64,000 nucleotides of DNA from Aquificota bacterium (GTDB taxonomy: Bacteria; Thermosulfidibacterota; Thermosulfidibacteria; Thermosulfidibacterales; B14-G1), in the NCBI GenBank assembly GCA_015486015.1, contig WFSL01000022.1, positions 43,746 to 107,745 on the forward strand, read 5' to 3'. The position numbers were made by a program, and so were the translations under genes. Shown here piece after piece: positions 34,751 through 45,402 of this stretch (position 1 is the first letter of the stretch; the number at the start of each line of letters is the position of its first letter). The notes under the pieces were generated by a model that saw only the letters and a list, made by a program, of their open reading frames with translations, made no database searches and had not been told where the DNA came from.

Positions 34751-36387
34751 TATCCCACTACCCTCCTCACCTCTTCCAGGGTGGTGATGCCCTGGCAGGC
34801 CTTGCCCACGGCATCCTCCCTTAACGTGGTCATACCCTCCCTCCTGGCTTCCTCTTCAATCTGGTAAGGCGGGGCGTCTTCAGCAATGAGCTGTGCCACT
34901 CTGGGAGAGACCATCAGCACCTCTGAAATTGCCGTTCTGCCCAAATACCCTGTGTTGCTGCAGTGGGTACACCCTCTCCCCCTGTATAAAAGGGCGTCCT
35001 CTGGTATGGAATAGACAGAGCGTTCTTCTTCTGTGGGGGTGTAGGGCTCCTTGCAGTATGGACAAACCTTTCTCACAAGCCTCTGGGCAATGACACCTAT
35101 GAGAGAAGTGGAAAGGAGGAAACTGTTTACATGCAGGTCCTTTAGCCTGGGTATGGCCCCCACTGCATCGTTGGTGTGCAACGTGGAGAGGACCAGGTGT
35201 CCAGTAAGGGATGCCCTCACAGCCATCTGTGCCGTCTCCTCGTCCCTTATCTCCCCTACCAGGATCACATCGGGGTCCTGGCGTAGGAAGGTCCTGAAGG
35301 CCGATGCAAATGTGTAGCCCACCTTTTCATTCACCTGGGTCTGGCGCACCATGGGGATGGTGTATTCTACAGGTTCCTCCACAGTGAGTACGTTCTTCTC
35401 TAAGGTGTTGATGTGCCGGAGGGCGGCGTAGAGGGTAGTGGTCTTCCCTGAGCCGGTTGGTCCCACCACAAGGACAATACCATAGGGGCTGTCAAAAAGG
35501 CGCTTGATTTTGGTGAGGTCATTGGGGGAAAAACCCAGAAAGGGAAAACTGAAGACACTGGTGTTCTTGTAGAGTATTCTGGCAACCAGGTTTTCCCCAT
35601 TGATAGAGGGGACAGTAGAGACCCTCAGATCAAAGTGTTCACCTACAAAGGAGAACTCGCTCCTGCCATCCTGGGGTTTCCTCTGCTCAGAGATGTCCAT
35701 CCCAGAGCGTATCTTCCAGTTGGCCACTATGCGGGGGTGCAGGGCGGCGGGTAGAGAGTAAAAGAGGTGCAGGACGCCATCAATTCGAAAGGATACGTGG
35801 GTAGATCTATCTGTGGGGGTGATGTGGACATCAGAGGCCCTCTTGCTCACTGCAGAGATGAGGATGAACTCCGTGAGGCGATCTATGTCCACGAAGGCAT
35901 CAGGGTCCCTCTTTATGGGCTGGAGGAGGGTTTCTATCTCCTGGTCCACTGGATGTTCTAAAAGCCAGTAAGACTGATTCACTTTCCTGCGTATCTGGGG
36001 GGCAGGACCCACCAGGATCCTTGGGGGCTTATCCAGGATCCGGCAGAGGGCATCCTGGAGTGAGAGATCGTAGGGGTCTGCCACCACAACATTTAGGTTC
36101 CCACCATCCAGAGAGATGGGGAGCACAACCTTCTGCTCCGCCAAGTGGAGGGGGATCCTTCTCAAGGCCTGGGGATGAGGGTTGAGGTCCTTCACCTCTA
36201 TAAAAGGTCTGCCTGCCTGCTCGGCCAACACCATAGCCATCTCTTCCTCAGTAACAAAGCCCAGGCGGATGAGCACCTCGCCCAGCCGCTCTCCTGTGGT
36301 TTTTTGCTCCTTCAAGGCAAACTGGACATGGGCCTCTCGAATGACCCCCCTTTCCTTTAGGAGTTCACCAACACGCTTTTTGGACAA
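34750..36387 (-). CDS. Type IV filament assembly ATPase (GspE/PilB/MshE family) with an N-terminal MshEN domain
   Basis: Walker A GPTGSGKTTT, Asp box LTVEEPVEY, Walker B VILVGEIRDEETA, His box TGHLVLSTLHTNDA, tetra-Cys CPYC...CTHC. The TTG start at 36387 is preceded by AAGGAGGT. The N-terminus carries two 24-aa RLGxxLLxxGxx...Q motifs. Confidence 0.9.
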   Translation of the reverse strand: MSKKRVGELLKERGVIREAHVQFALKEQKTTGERLGEVLIRLGFVTEEEMAMVLAEQAGRPFIEVKDLNPHPQALRRIPLHLAEQKVVLPISLDGGNLNVVVADPYDLSLQDALCRILDKPPRILVGPAPQIRRKVNQSYWLLEHPVDQEIETLLQPIKRDPDAFVDIDRLTEFILISAVSKRASDVHITPTDRSTHVSFRIDGVLHLFYSLPAALHPRIVANWKIRSGMDISEQRKPQDGRSEFSFVGEHFDLRVSTVPSINGENLVARILYKNTSVFSFPFLGFSPNDLTKIKRLFDSPYGIVLVVGPTGSGKTTTLYAALRHINTLEKNVLTVEEPVEYTIPMVRQTQVNEKVGYTFASAFRTFLRQDPDVILVGEIRDEETAQMAVRASLTGHLVLSTLHTNDAVGAIPRLKDLHVNSFLLSTSLIGVIAQRLVRKVCPYCKEPYTPTEEERSVYSIPEDALLYRGRGCTHCSNTGYLGRTAISEVLMVSPRVAQLIAEDAPPYQIEEEARREGMTTLREDAVGKACQGITTLEEVRRVVG

Positions 36388-36406
36388 TGAATTACCTCCT
36401 TAAAAA

Positions 36407-36435
36407 ATTATAAAGGGTTTGAAACACCCCTTCAA
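36407..36435 (-). promoter_or_regulatory. Candidate sigma70-type promoter of the filament operon
   Basis: Minus strand: TTGAAG (36435-36430), 17-nt spacer, consensus TATAAT (36412-36407), about 20 nt upstream of the TTG start. Confidence 0.5.
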
Positions 36436-36479
36436 CCCTGGGAGCTGCTTGGCTTTACACAAAAGGGTTGCTCTGTTAA

Positions 36480-37302
<823 letters not shown>

Positions 37303-37306
<4 letters not shown>

Positions 37307-38568
37307 TAGAGGAGGTCTGGAAGGTGGATCCCCAATTGGCAGAGGCTATCTGCCGTGAGATAGGCCGCCAGGCCGACAAATTGGAGCTTATAGCCTCGGA
37401 GAACTTTGCCAGTATGGCTGTGTTACAGGCCCAGGGATGCGTTATGACAAACAAGTATGCGGAGGGGTATCCTGCAAAGCGTTATTATGGGGGTTGTCAG
37501 TGGGTGGACGTGGCTGAGGATCTGGCCAGGGAGCGGGCGTCTGCCCTCTTCGGGTGTGAGCATGTGAACGTGCAACCCCACTCCGGTACCCAGGCCAATA
37601 TGGCAGTTTACATGGCTATACTGAAGCCGGGGGATACTATATTGGCCATGAATTTGGCCCATGGTGGGCACCTCTCCCATGGCTCCCCGGTGAGCTTTTC
37701 TGGTCAGCTTTACAGGGTGGTTTTTTACGGTGTGGACAGGGAGAAGGAGGTCATAGACCTTGACCAGGTGAGGGACCTGTCTAAGCGATATCGCCCAAAG
37801 CTCATTGTGGTGGGTGCAAGCGCCTATCCCAGAACCATAGACTTTGCCCCCTTCAGAGAGATCGCCGACGAGGTGGGGGCCTATGTGATGGCTGACATTG
37901 CCCATATCGCAGGCCTGGTGGCAGTGGGTATTCATCCCTCCCCCATCCCATACTGCGAGTTTGTCACCACCACCACCCACAAGACCCTCAGGGGCCCCAG
38001 AGGGGGGATGATCATGTGTCGGCGTGAGTTTGCCCAGGTCATAGACAAGACCCTCTTTCCAGGGGTCCAGGGGGGTCCCCTCATGCATGTAATTGCTGCA
38101 AAGGCTGTGGCCTTTAAGGAGGCACTTACCCCTGAGTTCAAAACGTATCAGGAGCAGATTGTGAAGAATGCAAAGGCACTGGCCAATGCCCTTGCAGAGA
38201 GGGGTTTCAGGCTGGTCTCAGGCGGCACAGACAACCACCTCATGCTGGTAGACTTAAGGGGCAAGGGGATCACAGGGAAGGAGGCTGAGAAGGCCCTGGA
38301 GGATGCGTCTATCACTGTTAACAAGAACATGATACCCTTCGATCCACAAAAGCCCTTTATCGCGAGTGGGATAAGGATAGGTACCCCTGCCGTCACCACC
38401 AGGGGTATGAAGGAGGGGGAGATGGAAGCCATCGGTGGCTGGATCTCCCGCGTGTTGGAGCATCCCGAGGAGACCGTTAAGAGGGAGGTAGCCTCTGAAG
38501 TGAAGGCCCTTTGTGATCGTTTCCCCCTCTATCCAGAGTTGAGGAAGGAGTGCAGAGGCGTCACATAA
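37303..38568 (+). CDS. glyA: Serine hydroxymethyltransferase
   Basis: 421 aa. [20 protein letters not shown], and PLP-lysine context [14 protein letters not shown]. Confidence 0.93.
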
Positions 38569-38584
38569 AGGGGCGAAAAGGGGG

Positions 38585-39037
38585 ATGGAGAGACCCACCT
38601 GGGATCGTTACTTCATGGATATTGCGATCCTGGTCTCCAGTAGATCCACTTGTCTTAGGCGAAAGGTGGGGGCAGTGATAGTAAAGGATAAACGCATCTT
38701 GTCTACTGGATATAACGGTCCTCCATCTGGTTTGGCCCACTGTGCAGATGTGGGATGCTTAAGACAGCGGTTGGGGATACCATCAGGGGAACGGCATGAG
38801 ATCTGCAGGGGCCTCCACGCTGAACAAAATGCTATCATACAAGCGGCCCTTCATGGTGTAAGCATTGAGGGGGCCAGGATATACACCACCACCTTCCCAT
38901 GCGTGATCTGCTCTAAGATGCTGATCAATGCAGGCATTACGGAGATCATTTACAGAGAGGGATACCCGGACGAACTCTCTGCCTCCCTCCTTAGGGAGGC
39001 GGGGGTGCGTATAAGACAACTGAAGGATGCCCAGTGA
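38585..39037 (+). CDS. dCMP deaminase (ComEB-type cytidine/deoxycytidylate deaminase)
   Basis: 150 aa. Zinc motifs HAEQNAI and [14 protein letters not shown]. Confidence 0.85.
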   Translation: MERPTWDRYFMDIAILVSSRSTCLRRKVGAVIVKDKRILSTGYNGPPSGLAHCADVGCLRQRLGIPSGERHEICRGLHAEQNAIIQAALHGVSIEGARIYTTTFPCVICSKMLINAGITEIIYREGYPDELSASLLREAGVRIRQLKDAQ

Positions 39038-39585
39038 GGTGCCCTAAGTGTCATAGTATAGAGGACAGGGTGTTGGACTCCAGGTTGGTGAAGGGGGGGA
39101 TGGCTATCCGAAGAAGGAGGGAGTGCCTCCGGTGCGGCCAGCGGTTCACCACCTATGAGAGGGTGGAAGAGACTATGCCCTTGGTGGTGAAGAAGGACGG
39201 GCGTAGGGAACCTTACAAGCGGGACAAGCTCATTGCGGGGATGAGGAAGGCCTTTGAAAAGAGGCCAGTACCCGCTCAAAAGCAGGAGGAGCTGGCGGAT
39301 GAGGTGGAGCGCTTCCTCCTATCCTTGGGGGAGAAAGAGGTCTCCTCCCAAGTGATAGGGGAGAAGGTGATGTCCCTTATTAAGGATGTTGACGAAGTGG
39401 CCTATGTGCGCTTTGCTTCTGTATATCGGCAGTTTAAGGACTTATCCGATTTCATTGAGGAGCTGAAGACCCTTATGGAGGCCTCCCAAAAAAAGGGGAG
39501 AAGGGCCCCGGTCAAGAAGAAGGCCTCAACCACGGCCAAGTATGCATATCCAAGGCTACCCTTGGACGAGGAGGAACCCCCCTGA
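39034..39585 (+). CDS. nrdR: Transcriptional repressor NrdR
   Basis: MRCPKCHS...[12 protein letters not shown] zinc ribbon plus an ATP-cone. It has about 30 aa of extra Lys-rich C-terminal tail. Confidence 0.9.
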   Translation: MRCPKCHSIEDRVLDSRLVKGGMAIRRRRECLRCGQRFTTYERVEETMPLVVKKDGRREPYKRDKLIAGMRKAFEKRPVPAQKQEELADEVERFLLSLGEKEVSSQVIGEKVMSLIKDVDEVAYVRFASVYRQFKDLSDFIEELKTLMEASQKKGRRAPVKKKASTTAKYAYPRLPLDEEEPP

Positions 39586-39591
39586 GGGGAG

Positions 39592-40920
39592 GTGATGGGG
39601 AAAGCTGATCCTTCCAAAATCGTTGTAGGCTCTTTTGTCTTGGTCATCCTTGCAGGCACTATGCTTCTTGCGCTCCCTTGGGCTACAGTGGATGGGCGGG
39701 GTCTCTCATTGGTGAATGCCCTTTTCACTGCCACCTCCGCCACCTGTGTTACAGGGCTTACAGTAGTGGATACGGGCAGGACTTTCACCCCGTTTGGTCA
39801 GATTACCATACTGCTCCTTATTCAGATAGGGGGATTGGGGGTGATGACCTTGTCTACCTTCTTTCTCAGCATGGTGGGCAGGAGGATCTCCCTTAGGGGG
39901 AAGATCGTAGTTCAGGATGCCCTAAACTATTACGATATGGAAAGCCTCTTGGAGCTCATCCGGTATATCCTCATCTTCACCTTCCTCTTAGAGATGGCAG
40001 GGGCGCTGCTCTTGGCCTATCCCTTTTGTGAGAGGATGGGCGCGATGGGGATCTATGCTGCGGTGTTTCACGCAGTCTCTGCTTTCTGCAATGCAGGTTT
40101 CTCCCTTTTCTCCGACTCCTTGGTCTCCTTCAAGGGGAACCTACTGGTGAATGGCACAATGATGGGCCTTATTGTTATGGGGGGATTAGGTTTCCCCGTG
40201 CTCCTCGATTTGTACAAGCGCTTCTTCGTATTTAGAGGAGAACCGTACAGACTGAGATTTCAGACAAAGCTCGTCCTTACAGTCACTGCATTCCTCATTG
40301 TTACAGGCGCAGCGGCCTTTCTCCTGTTTGAGATGAAAAACACCTTGGCTCCCCTTCCTTGGGGCACCAAGGTGTTGGCCAGCCTGTTTCAGGCGGTAAC
40401 CCCGAGGACAGCGGGCTTCAATACGTTGAATACCGGGGCATTTAGAGAGGCGACCCTCTTCTTTATTATCTTCCTCATGTTCGTTGGCGCCTCCCCTGGA
40501 GGCACAGGAGGGGGGATTAAGACCACCACGGCTGCCATTGTCCTCTTTAGTATCAGGTCCATACTCAGGGAGGAGAGGGAGGTGAATATCCTGGGAAGGA
40601 CCATTCCCCCAAGGATAGTAAGTAAGGCCTTCGCTATCTTCTTTCTCTCGGCGGCGTTGATTTTTATGACTGTCCTTACCTTGCTTTTGTTCGAGCCTAA
40701 TATGCCCCTCATAAAGCTGTCTTTTGAGGTGGTCTCAGCCTTTGGAACTGTGGGACTCTCCACCGGCATCACCCCTACCCTCTCCGGGATCTCCAAGGTG
40801 ATTCTCTCGGTGGTGATGCTTGCAGGGAGGGTGGGGCCCCTTACCTTGGTGCTGGCCATGGCCCGGAGGGAGGTCCCCCCCGAGATCAGGTACCCTGAGG
40901 CCCAGGTGATGGTGGGATGA
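39592..40920 (+). CDS. trkH: TrkH/KtrB family potassium uptake membrane protein
   Basis: 442 aa, polytopic. Repeated selectivity-filter-like motifs (ATCVTGLT, FCNAGFS, TPRTAGFN, TVGLSTG). Confidence 0.85.
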   Translation: MMGKADPSKIVVGSFVLVILAGTMLLALPWATVDGRGLSLVNALFTATSATCVTGLTVVDTGRTFTPFGQITILLLIQIGGLGVMTLSTFFLSMVGRRISLRGKIVVQDALNYYDMESLLELIRYILIFTFLLEMAGALLLAYPFCERMGAMGIYAAVFHAVSAFCNAGFSLFSDSLVSFKGNLLVNGTMMGLIVMGGLGFPVLLDLYKRFFVFRGEPYRLRFQTKLVLTVTAFLIVTGAAAFLLFEMKNTLAPLPWGTKVLASLFQAVTPRTAGFNTLNTGAFREATLFFIIFLMFVGASPGGTGGGIKTTTAAIVLFSIRSILREEREVNILGRTIPPRIVSKAFAIFFLSAALIFMTVLTLLLFEPNMPLIKLSFEVVSAFGTVGLSTGITPTLSGISKVILSVVMLAGRVGPLTLVLAMARREVPPEIRYPEAQVMVG

Positions 40921-42179
40921 TGGAGGGACCACTTCTTCAATGTCTCCTCTTGCTCTTCCTCCTGGCCCTCTCCGCCTTCTTCTCAGGTTCTGAGGCTGCT
41001 TTTTTCTCCCTTCAGCCAATAGAGATAGAGAAGTTGCGCCAACACAAGAAGACGGTGGCTGTTAAGGCCCTCCTGAAGCTTCTGTCCCAGCGTGAGGCCC
41101 TGCTCACTACGGTCCTTATTGGTAACGAGGGGGTGAATGTGGCCCTGTCTTCTGTTGCTGCATCACTGGCGCTCACCCTGTGGGGAGATAAGGGATTGGG
41201 GATCTCTGTAGCAGTGATGACTTTCTTATTGGTGGTCTATGGGGAGGTTACTCCCAAGGCAGTGGCAGTTGCCCATGCTACCACATGGGCCCTGAGTGCC
41301 GCTCCCCTGCTCCTTGCCTTCTCCTATATGGTCTATCCCTTTCGATGGTGCCTCACCATCCTCACGAAGGGTGCAACCCGTGGGGTTCCTGAGGAGGAGA
41401 AAACAGTAGGGGAGGAGGGTTTTAAAGCCTTAGTGCGGGAGGGCAAGAGGAAAGGCGTCTTGAAAGAGGTAGAGCGGGAGATGATTATGAAGGTATTTCG
41501 TTTTACCCATACCAGGGTAGGAGAAATTATGACACCCAGGACAGAGATGTTTGCCTTGGAAGTGAACACTCCCCTAATGGAGGCGTATGAGGCCCTGAGG
41601 GGGGTGACATACAGGGAAGTGCCCCTCTATGAGGGGCGCTTGGATAATTTAGTGGGGGTCATGAGGACCAAGGCCCTTCTGGGATTGCCCTGGGGGCTGA
41701 TGAAGGCGAAAGACTTGAGAGAGCTGATGGAGGAGCCCTACTATGTTCCGGAAAGCAAAGAGGCTATAGAACTGCTCAGGGAGTTTCAAAGGAAGCGCCT
41801 CCACATGGCCATAGTGATCGACGAATACGGGGGGGTGGCAGGTCTGGTAACATTGGAGGATATCATAGAGGAGCTTGTGGGTGAGCTCTCAGATGAGTTT
41901 GGCGGTGAGGAGCAGGAAATCATGGAGTTGTCCCCCGGGGTGTATAGGGTCCCTCCCAGGGTCTCCTTAGAAGAGCTGGATGAGAGATTGGGGATCAAAC
42001 CACCCCCCGATGTGGATATAGACACGGTAGGAGGGCTGGTCTTTCACCTCTTTGGTAGGGTACCCCAGGAGGGGGAAAGCGTAGAGTATGGGGGCTGGAG
42101 ATGGCGTGTAGAAGGCATGAAGAGGACCAGGATCCTTGACATTCTCTTGGAGAAGCGTTGCGAGGATGAGGCCTCCTGA
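40917..42179 (+). CDS. CNNM/HlyC/CorC family transporter (DUF21 + CBS pair + CorC_HlyC)
   Basis: 420 aa. N-terminal DUF21 membrane domain (FFSGSEAAFFSL), a CBS pair, and a C-terminal transporter-associated domain. Confidence 0.85.
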   Translation: MMEGPLLQCLLLLFLLALSAFFSGSEAAFFSLQPIEIEKLRQHKKTVAVKALLKLLSQREALLTTVLIGNEGVNVALSSVAASLALTLWGDKGLGISVAVMTFLLVVYGEVTPKAVAVAHATTWALSAAPLLLAFSYMVYPFRWCLTILTKGATRGVPEEEKTVGEEGFKALVREGKRKGVLKEVEREMIMKVFRFTHTRVGEIMTPRTEMFALEVNTPLMEAYEALRGVTYREVPLYEGRLDNLVGVMRTKALLGLPWGLMKAKDLRELMEEPYYVPESKEAIELLREFQRKRLHMAIVIDEYGGVAGLVTLEDIIEELVGELSDEFGGEEQEIMELSPGVYRVPPRVSLEELDERLGIKPPPDVDIDTVGGLVFHLFGRVPQEGESVEYGGWRWRVEGMKRTRILDILLEKRCEDEAS

Positions 42180-43014
42180 AGTTCCCTTCATAGGTGCTAA
42201 GGATCATGGGACGGTCTGTCTGATGGGCATTCCTTTGGACCGTACCCCCTCTTACCGCCCTGGTACCAGCTTAGCGCCAAGGGCCATAAGAGAGGTGTCT
42301 GAGCTCTTAGAGACGTATAGTCCCTATCTGGAGCTGGACTTAAATGATGTGCCATTTGAGGACTTGGGGGATTTGTCTCCTCTTATTGGTTCCCTTGAGG
42401 GTTCCCTCCTCTGGATCCAGGAGACGGCAGAGGAATTGATTGAGAAAGGGAAGAAGCTCCTTGCCATGGGTGGAGAGCACTTGATCACTCTTCCTTTGGT
42501 GAGGGCCTATTTGAAGAGGTGGCCTGACATGGTGGTGGTCCACCTGGATGCCCATATGGATCTGAGAAATGAATATGAGGGGCACCATCTCTCCCATGCA
42601 ACGGTGATGAGGCGGGTGTGGGAGGTGGTGGAGGGGCGGGTTTATCAATTGGGCATACGCTCAGGCACCAAGGAAGAGTGGCGGTTCTCCCAGAGGCAAT
42701 GCTGGCTCTGTCCTTATGATCTTTCCAGGATGGGGGAATGCCTTTATAAGATCGGTAACGCCCCTGTGTATCTCACCATAGACTTGGATGTGTTGGATCC
42801 TGCGTATCTCCCGGGCACTGGCACACCAGAGGGTGGTGGGATCACGCCAGGAGACCTCTTTTCCTCCCTTCCCCTATTCTTGGAAAGGAACCTTGTTGGC
42901 GTTGATGTGGTGGAGCTGTCGCCTGCCTATGACCCCTCAGGGGCCTCTGCCATCTTGGCGGCCAAGGTGGTGAGAGAAACATTGCTCCTTTTGGGCTCGG
43001 GCCTCTATCTTTAG
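42166..43014 (+). CDS. speB: Agmatinase (arginase family)
   Basis: GGEHLITLP, HLDAHMDL, TIDLDVLDPAYLPGTGTPEGGG Mn-binding motifs. The ATG at 42166 is preferred to the ORF-track 42136. Confidence 0.85.
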   Translation: MRPPEVPFIGAKDHGTVCLMGIPLDRTPSYRPGTSLAPRAIREVSELLETYSPYLELDLNDVPFEDLGDLSPLIGSLEGSLLWIQETAEELIEKGKKLLAMGGEHLITLPLVRAYLKRWPDMVVVHLDAHMDLRNEYEGHHLSHATVMRRVWEVVEGRVYQLGIRSGTKEEWRFSQRQCWLCPYDLSRMGECLYKIGNAPVYLTIDLDVLDPAYLPGTGTPEGGGITPGDLFSSLPLFLERNLVGVDVVELSPAYDPSGASAILAAKVVRETLLLLGSGLYL

Positions 43015-43107
43015 CGCCTTGGAATGGAGCTTCTTGCAAATGCCTTGGGCTATATGATAGAACCCCCTTCACGTCAGGGGATGTATGGTAGGCAGGGAGG
43101 ATAGGTG

Positions 43108-43308
43108 ATGCCCAAGATGAAGACCAACAGGAGCGCTGCCAAGAGGTTCAAGGTGACAGGGTCAGGTAGGTTGAGAAGGAGGAAGGCAGGTAAGAGCCAT
43201 CTTCAAGAGGAGAAGAGGGCCAAAAGGAAGAGGCACCTTCGTCGTCCCTCATTGGTGGGCAGGGAAGAGATGGAAAGGATGAAGAGGCTTCTGCCTTATG
43301 CCCTTTGA
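43108..43308 (+). CDS. rpmI: 50S ribosomal protein L35
   Basis: MPKMKTNRSAAKRFKVTGSG... Confidence 0.92.
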   Translation: MPKMKTNRSAAKRFKVTGSGRLRRRKAGKSHLQEEKRAKRKRHLRRPSLVGREEMERMKRLLPYAL

Positions 43309-43321
43309 GGAGGAGTGAGTA

Positions 43322-43684
43322 ATGGCGAGGGTAAAGGGTGGGCCCACAACCCGGCGCCGGCGGAAGAAGTGGTTGAAGCTGGCCAAGGGGTATTATGGAA
43401 ACAAGAGTAAGACATACTCAGTGGCCAGACAGACCGTTATAAAGGCCCTGGCATACGCCTATAGGGATAGGAGGAACAGAAAGCGGGAGTTCAGGAGGCT
43501 TTGGATCACCAGGATAAATGCAGCAGCCCGGCTTTACGGGCTCACCTATGGCCAGCTTATCCATGGGCTGAAACTGGCCCAAGTAGAGGTGAATCGTAAG
43601 ATGCTGGCTGATATGGCGGTGAGGGAGCCGCAGGTCTTTGCCCGCTTAATAGACGTGGCCAGGGAGCACCTCGAAGCTGCTTGA
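43322..43684 (+). CDS. rplT: 50S ribosomal protein L20
   Basis: [26 protein letters not shown]..., 120 aa. Confidence 0.93.
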   Translation: MARVKGGPTTRRRRKKWLKLAKGYYGNKSKTYSVARQTVIKALAYAYRDRRNRKREFRRLWITRINAAARLYGLTYGQLIHGLKLAQVEVNRKMLADMAVREPQVFARLIDVAREHLEAA

Positions 43685-43702
43685 ACCTTGGCGAAGGGGA
43701 AG

Positions 43703-44377
43703 ATGCGTTATGTAGCCGTCCTTGGGGCGGGTCGTTTTGGTTATAGCGTAGCCAAGACCCTTATGGAATTGGGGTGTCAGGTGTTGGCCGTTGATAAGGA
43801 CGAAGCTAAGGTGAAGCAGCTTGACGGGATAGTCACCCAAGCGGTTCAGATGGATGTCACAGATGAGCGTGCCCTGAGGGCTATTGGCATCAAGGATGTG
43901 GATGCAGCTGTGGTAGCCATCGGTCAGAGGATGGAGGCCAGCATTCTGGTTTCCCTCATATTGAAGGAGATGGGGGTGCCCTATGTGGTGTCCAAGGCGG
44001 TCACCCCCCAGCATGGGCGGGTCTTAGAGAAGATAGGTTGTGACAGGGTAGTTTACCCCGAGGGGGACATGGGTGTAAGGTTGGCCCGATCTTTGGTATC
44101 CCCAACCATCTTAGACGAACTGGAGATATCAAGGGATTATGGCATATATGAGATTCAGATCCCTGAGTCTTTAGAAGGTCAGAGCTTGGCTGAGCTGGCC
44201 ATCCGATCACGATTCAATCTCAATGTGATTGCCATCAAAGAGCCCTCAGGAGAGATCAATCCGTCGCCTGGGGGGAGTGACGTGCTTCAGCAAGGTCAGG
44301 TGGTGGTGCTGTTGGGTAGGAAGGAGGATCTGAGTAAATTTGAGAAGGTCTTAAAGAGGCGGAACAAGGAGCGATGA
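43703..44377 (+). CDS. trkA: TrkA/KtrA family potassium uptake regulatory protein
   Basis: [13 protein letters not shown] Rossmann N-terminus (TrkA-N) plus a TrkA-C domain. The ATG at 43703 has an upstream GAAGGGGA. Confidence 0.85.
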   Translation: MRYVAVLGAGRFGYSVAKTLMELGCQVLAVDKDEAKVKQLDGIVTQAVQMDVTDERALRAIGIKDVDAAVVAIGQRMEASILVSLILKEMGVPYVVSKAVTPQHGRVLEKIGCDRVVYPEGDMGVRLARSLVSPTILDELEISRDYGIYEIQIPESLEGQSLAELAIRSRFNLNVIAIKEPSGEINPSPGGSDVLQQGQVVVLLGRKEDLSKFEKVLKRRNKER

Positions 44378-45393
44378 GGGACTCATTGAGTGGGCTTAAG
44401 GAGAGGGCCCTAAGGGAGCTGGCTTCGGTGGGCAGTACCCAGGAACTCAGGGAATTTCAGCTAAGATTCCTGGGGAAGAAGGGTGAGCTGAAGGCTGTCC
44501 TGAGAGGGATGGGGAAGCTTCCCCCAGAAGAGAGGCCCACGGTAGGCCGGATGGCCAATCAGATCAAGGAGTTGCTGGAGCGGGCTATAGAGGAGAAGGA
44601 GGCCCTCCTGCGGCAAAGAGAAGAGAAAGAGAGATTGGCCTCTGAGGGGATAGATGTGACCCTGCCTGGCAGGGGGCCAGAGATGGGTGGTGTTCATCCC
44701 ATTACAAGGGTGCTGAGAGAGATCGAGGATGTGTTTGTATCCATGGGTTTTCAGGTGGCTGAGGGCCCGGAGATAGAGACAGACTATTACAACTTTGAGG
44801 CCCTAAATATCCCTTCTCACCACCCAGCTCGAGACATGCAGGACACCTTCTACTTATTAGAGGGGCTTCTCCTTAGAACCCACACCTCCCCTGTGCAAAT
44901 CAGGGTGATGGAGCGCTTTTCTCCTCCTATCCGGATTATTGCCCCGGGGAAGGTATATAGGAGGGATGCCGACATCTCACATACCCCTATGTTCCATCAG
45001 GTAGAGGGCCTTTTGGTGGATGAGGTGAGTACCTTCTCTGACCTGAAAGGGGTCTTGGAAAGGTTTGCATCGAGGACATTTGGTCCCCGAACCCTTGTCC
45101 GGTTTAGGCCCAGCTACTTTCCATTTACCGAGCCCAGTGCAGAGATGGACATTGGGTGTGTCATATGTGGTGGGAAAGGATGTCGAGTGTGTAAGGGCTC
45201 CGGCTGGGTGGAGATCTTAGGGTGTGGCATGGTGGACCCTGCGGTCTTCTCATTTGTGAACTACGATTCCAGCAGGTACAGGGGATTCGCCTTTGGCTTA
45301 GGGGTGGAGAGGATCGCTATGCTAAAGTACGATATCGACGACATCAGGCTGTTCTTTGAGAATGATCTAAGGTTCTTGAAGCAGTTTCTCTAA
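44374..45393 (+). CDS. pheS: Phenylalanine--tRNA ligase alpha subunit
   Basis: 339 aa with class II motifs ([36 protein letters not shown]). Confidence 0.93.
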   Translation: MRDSLSGLKERALRELASVGSTQELREFQLRFLGKKGELKAVLRGMGKLPPEERPTVGRMANQIKELLERAIEEKEALLRQREEKERLASEGIDVTLPGRGPEMGGVHPITRVLREIEDVFVSMGFQVAEGPEIETDYYNFEALNIPSHHPARDMQDTFYLLEGLLLRTHTSPVQIRVMERFSPPIRIIAPGKVYRRDADISHTPMFHQVEGLLVDEVSTFSDLKGVLERFASRTFGPRTLVRFRPSYFPFTEPSAEMDIGCVICGGKGCRVCKGSGWVEILGCGMVDPAVFSFVNYDSSRYRGFAFGLGVERIAMLKYDIDDIRLFFENDLRFLKQFL

Positions 45394-45402
45394 GGGGGGT
45401 GC

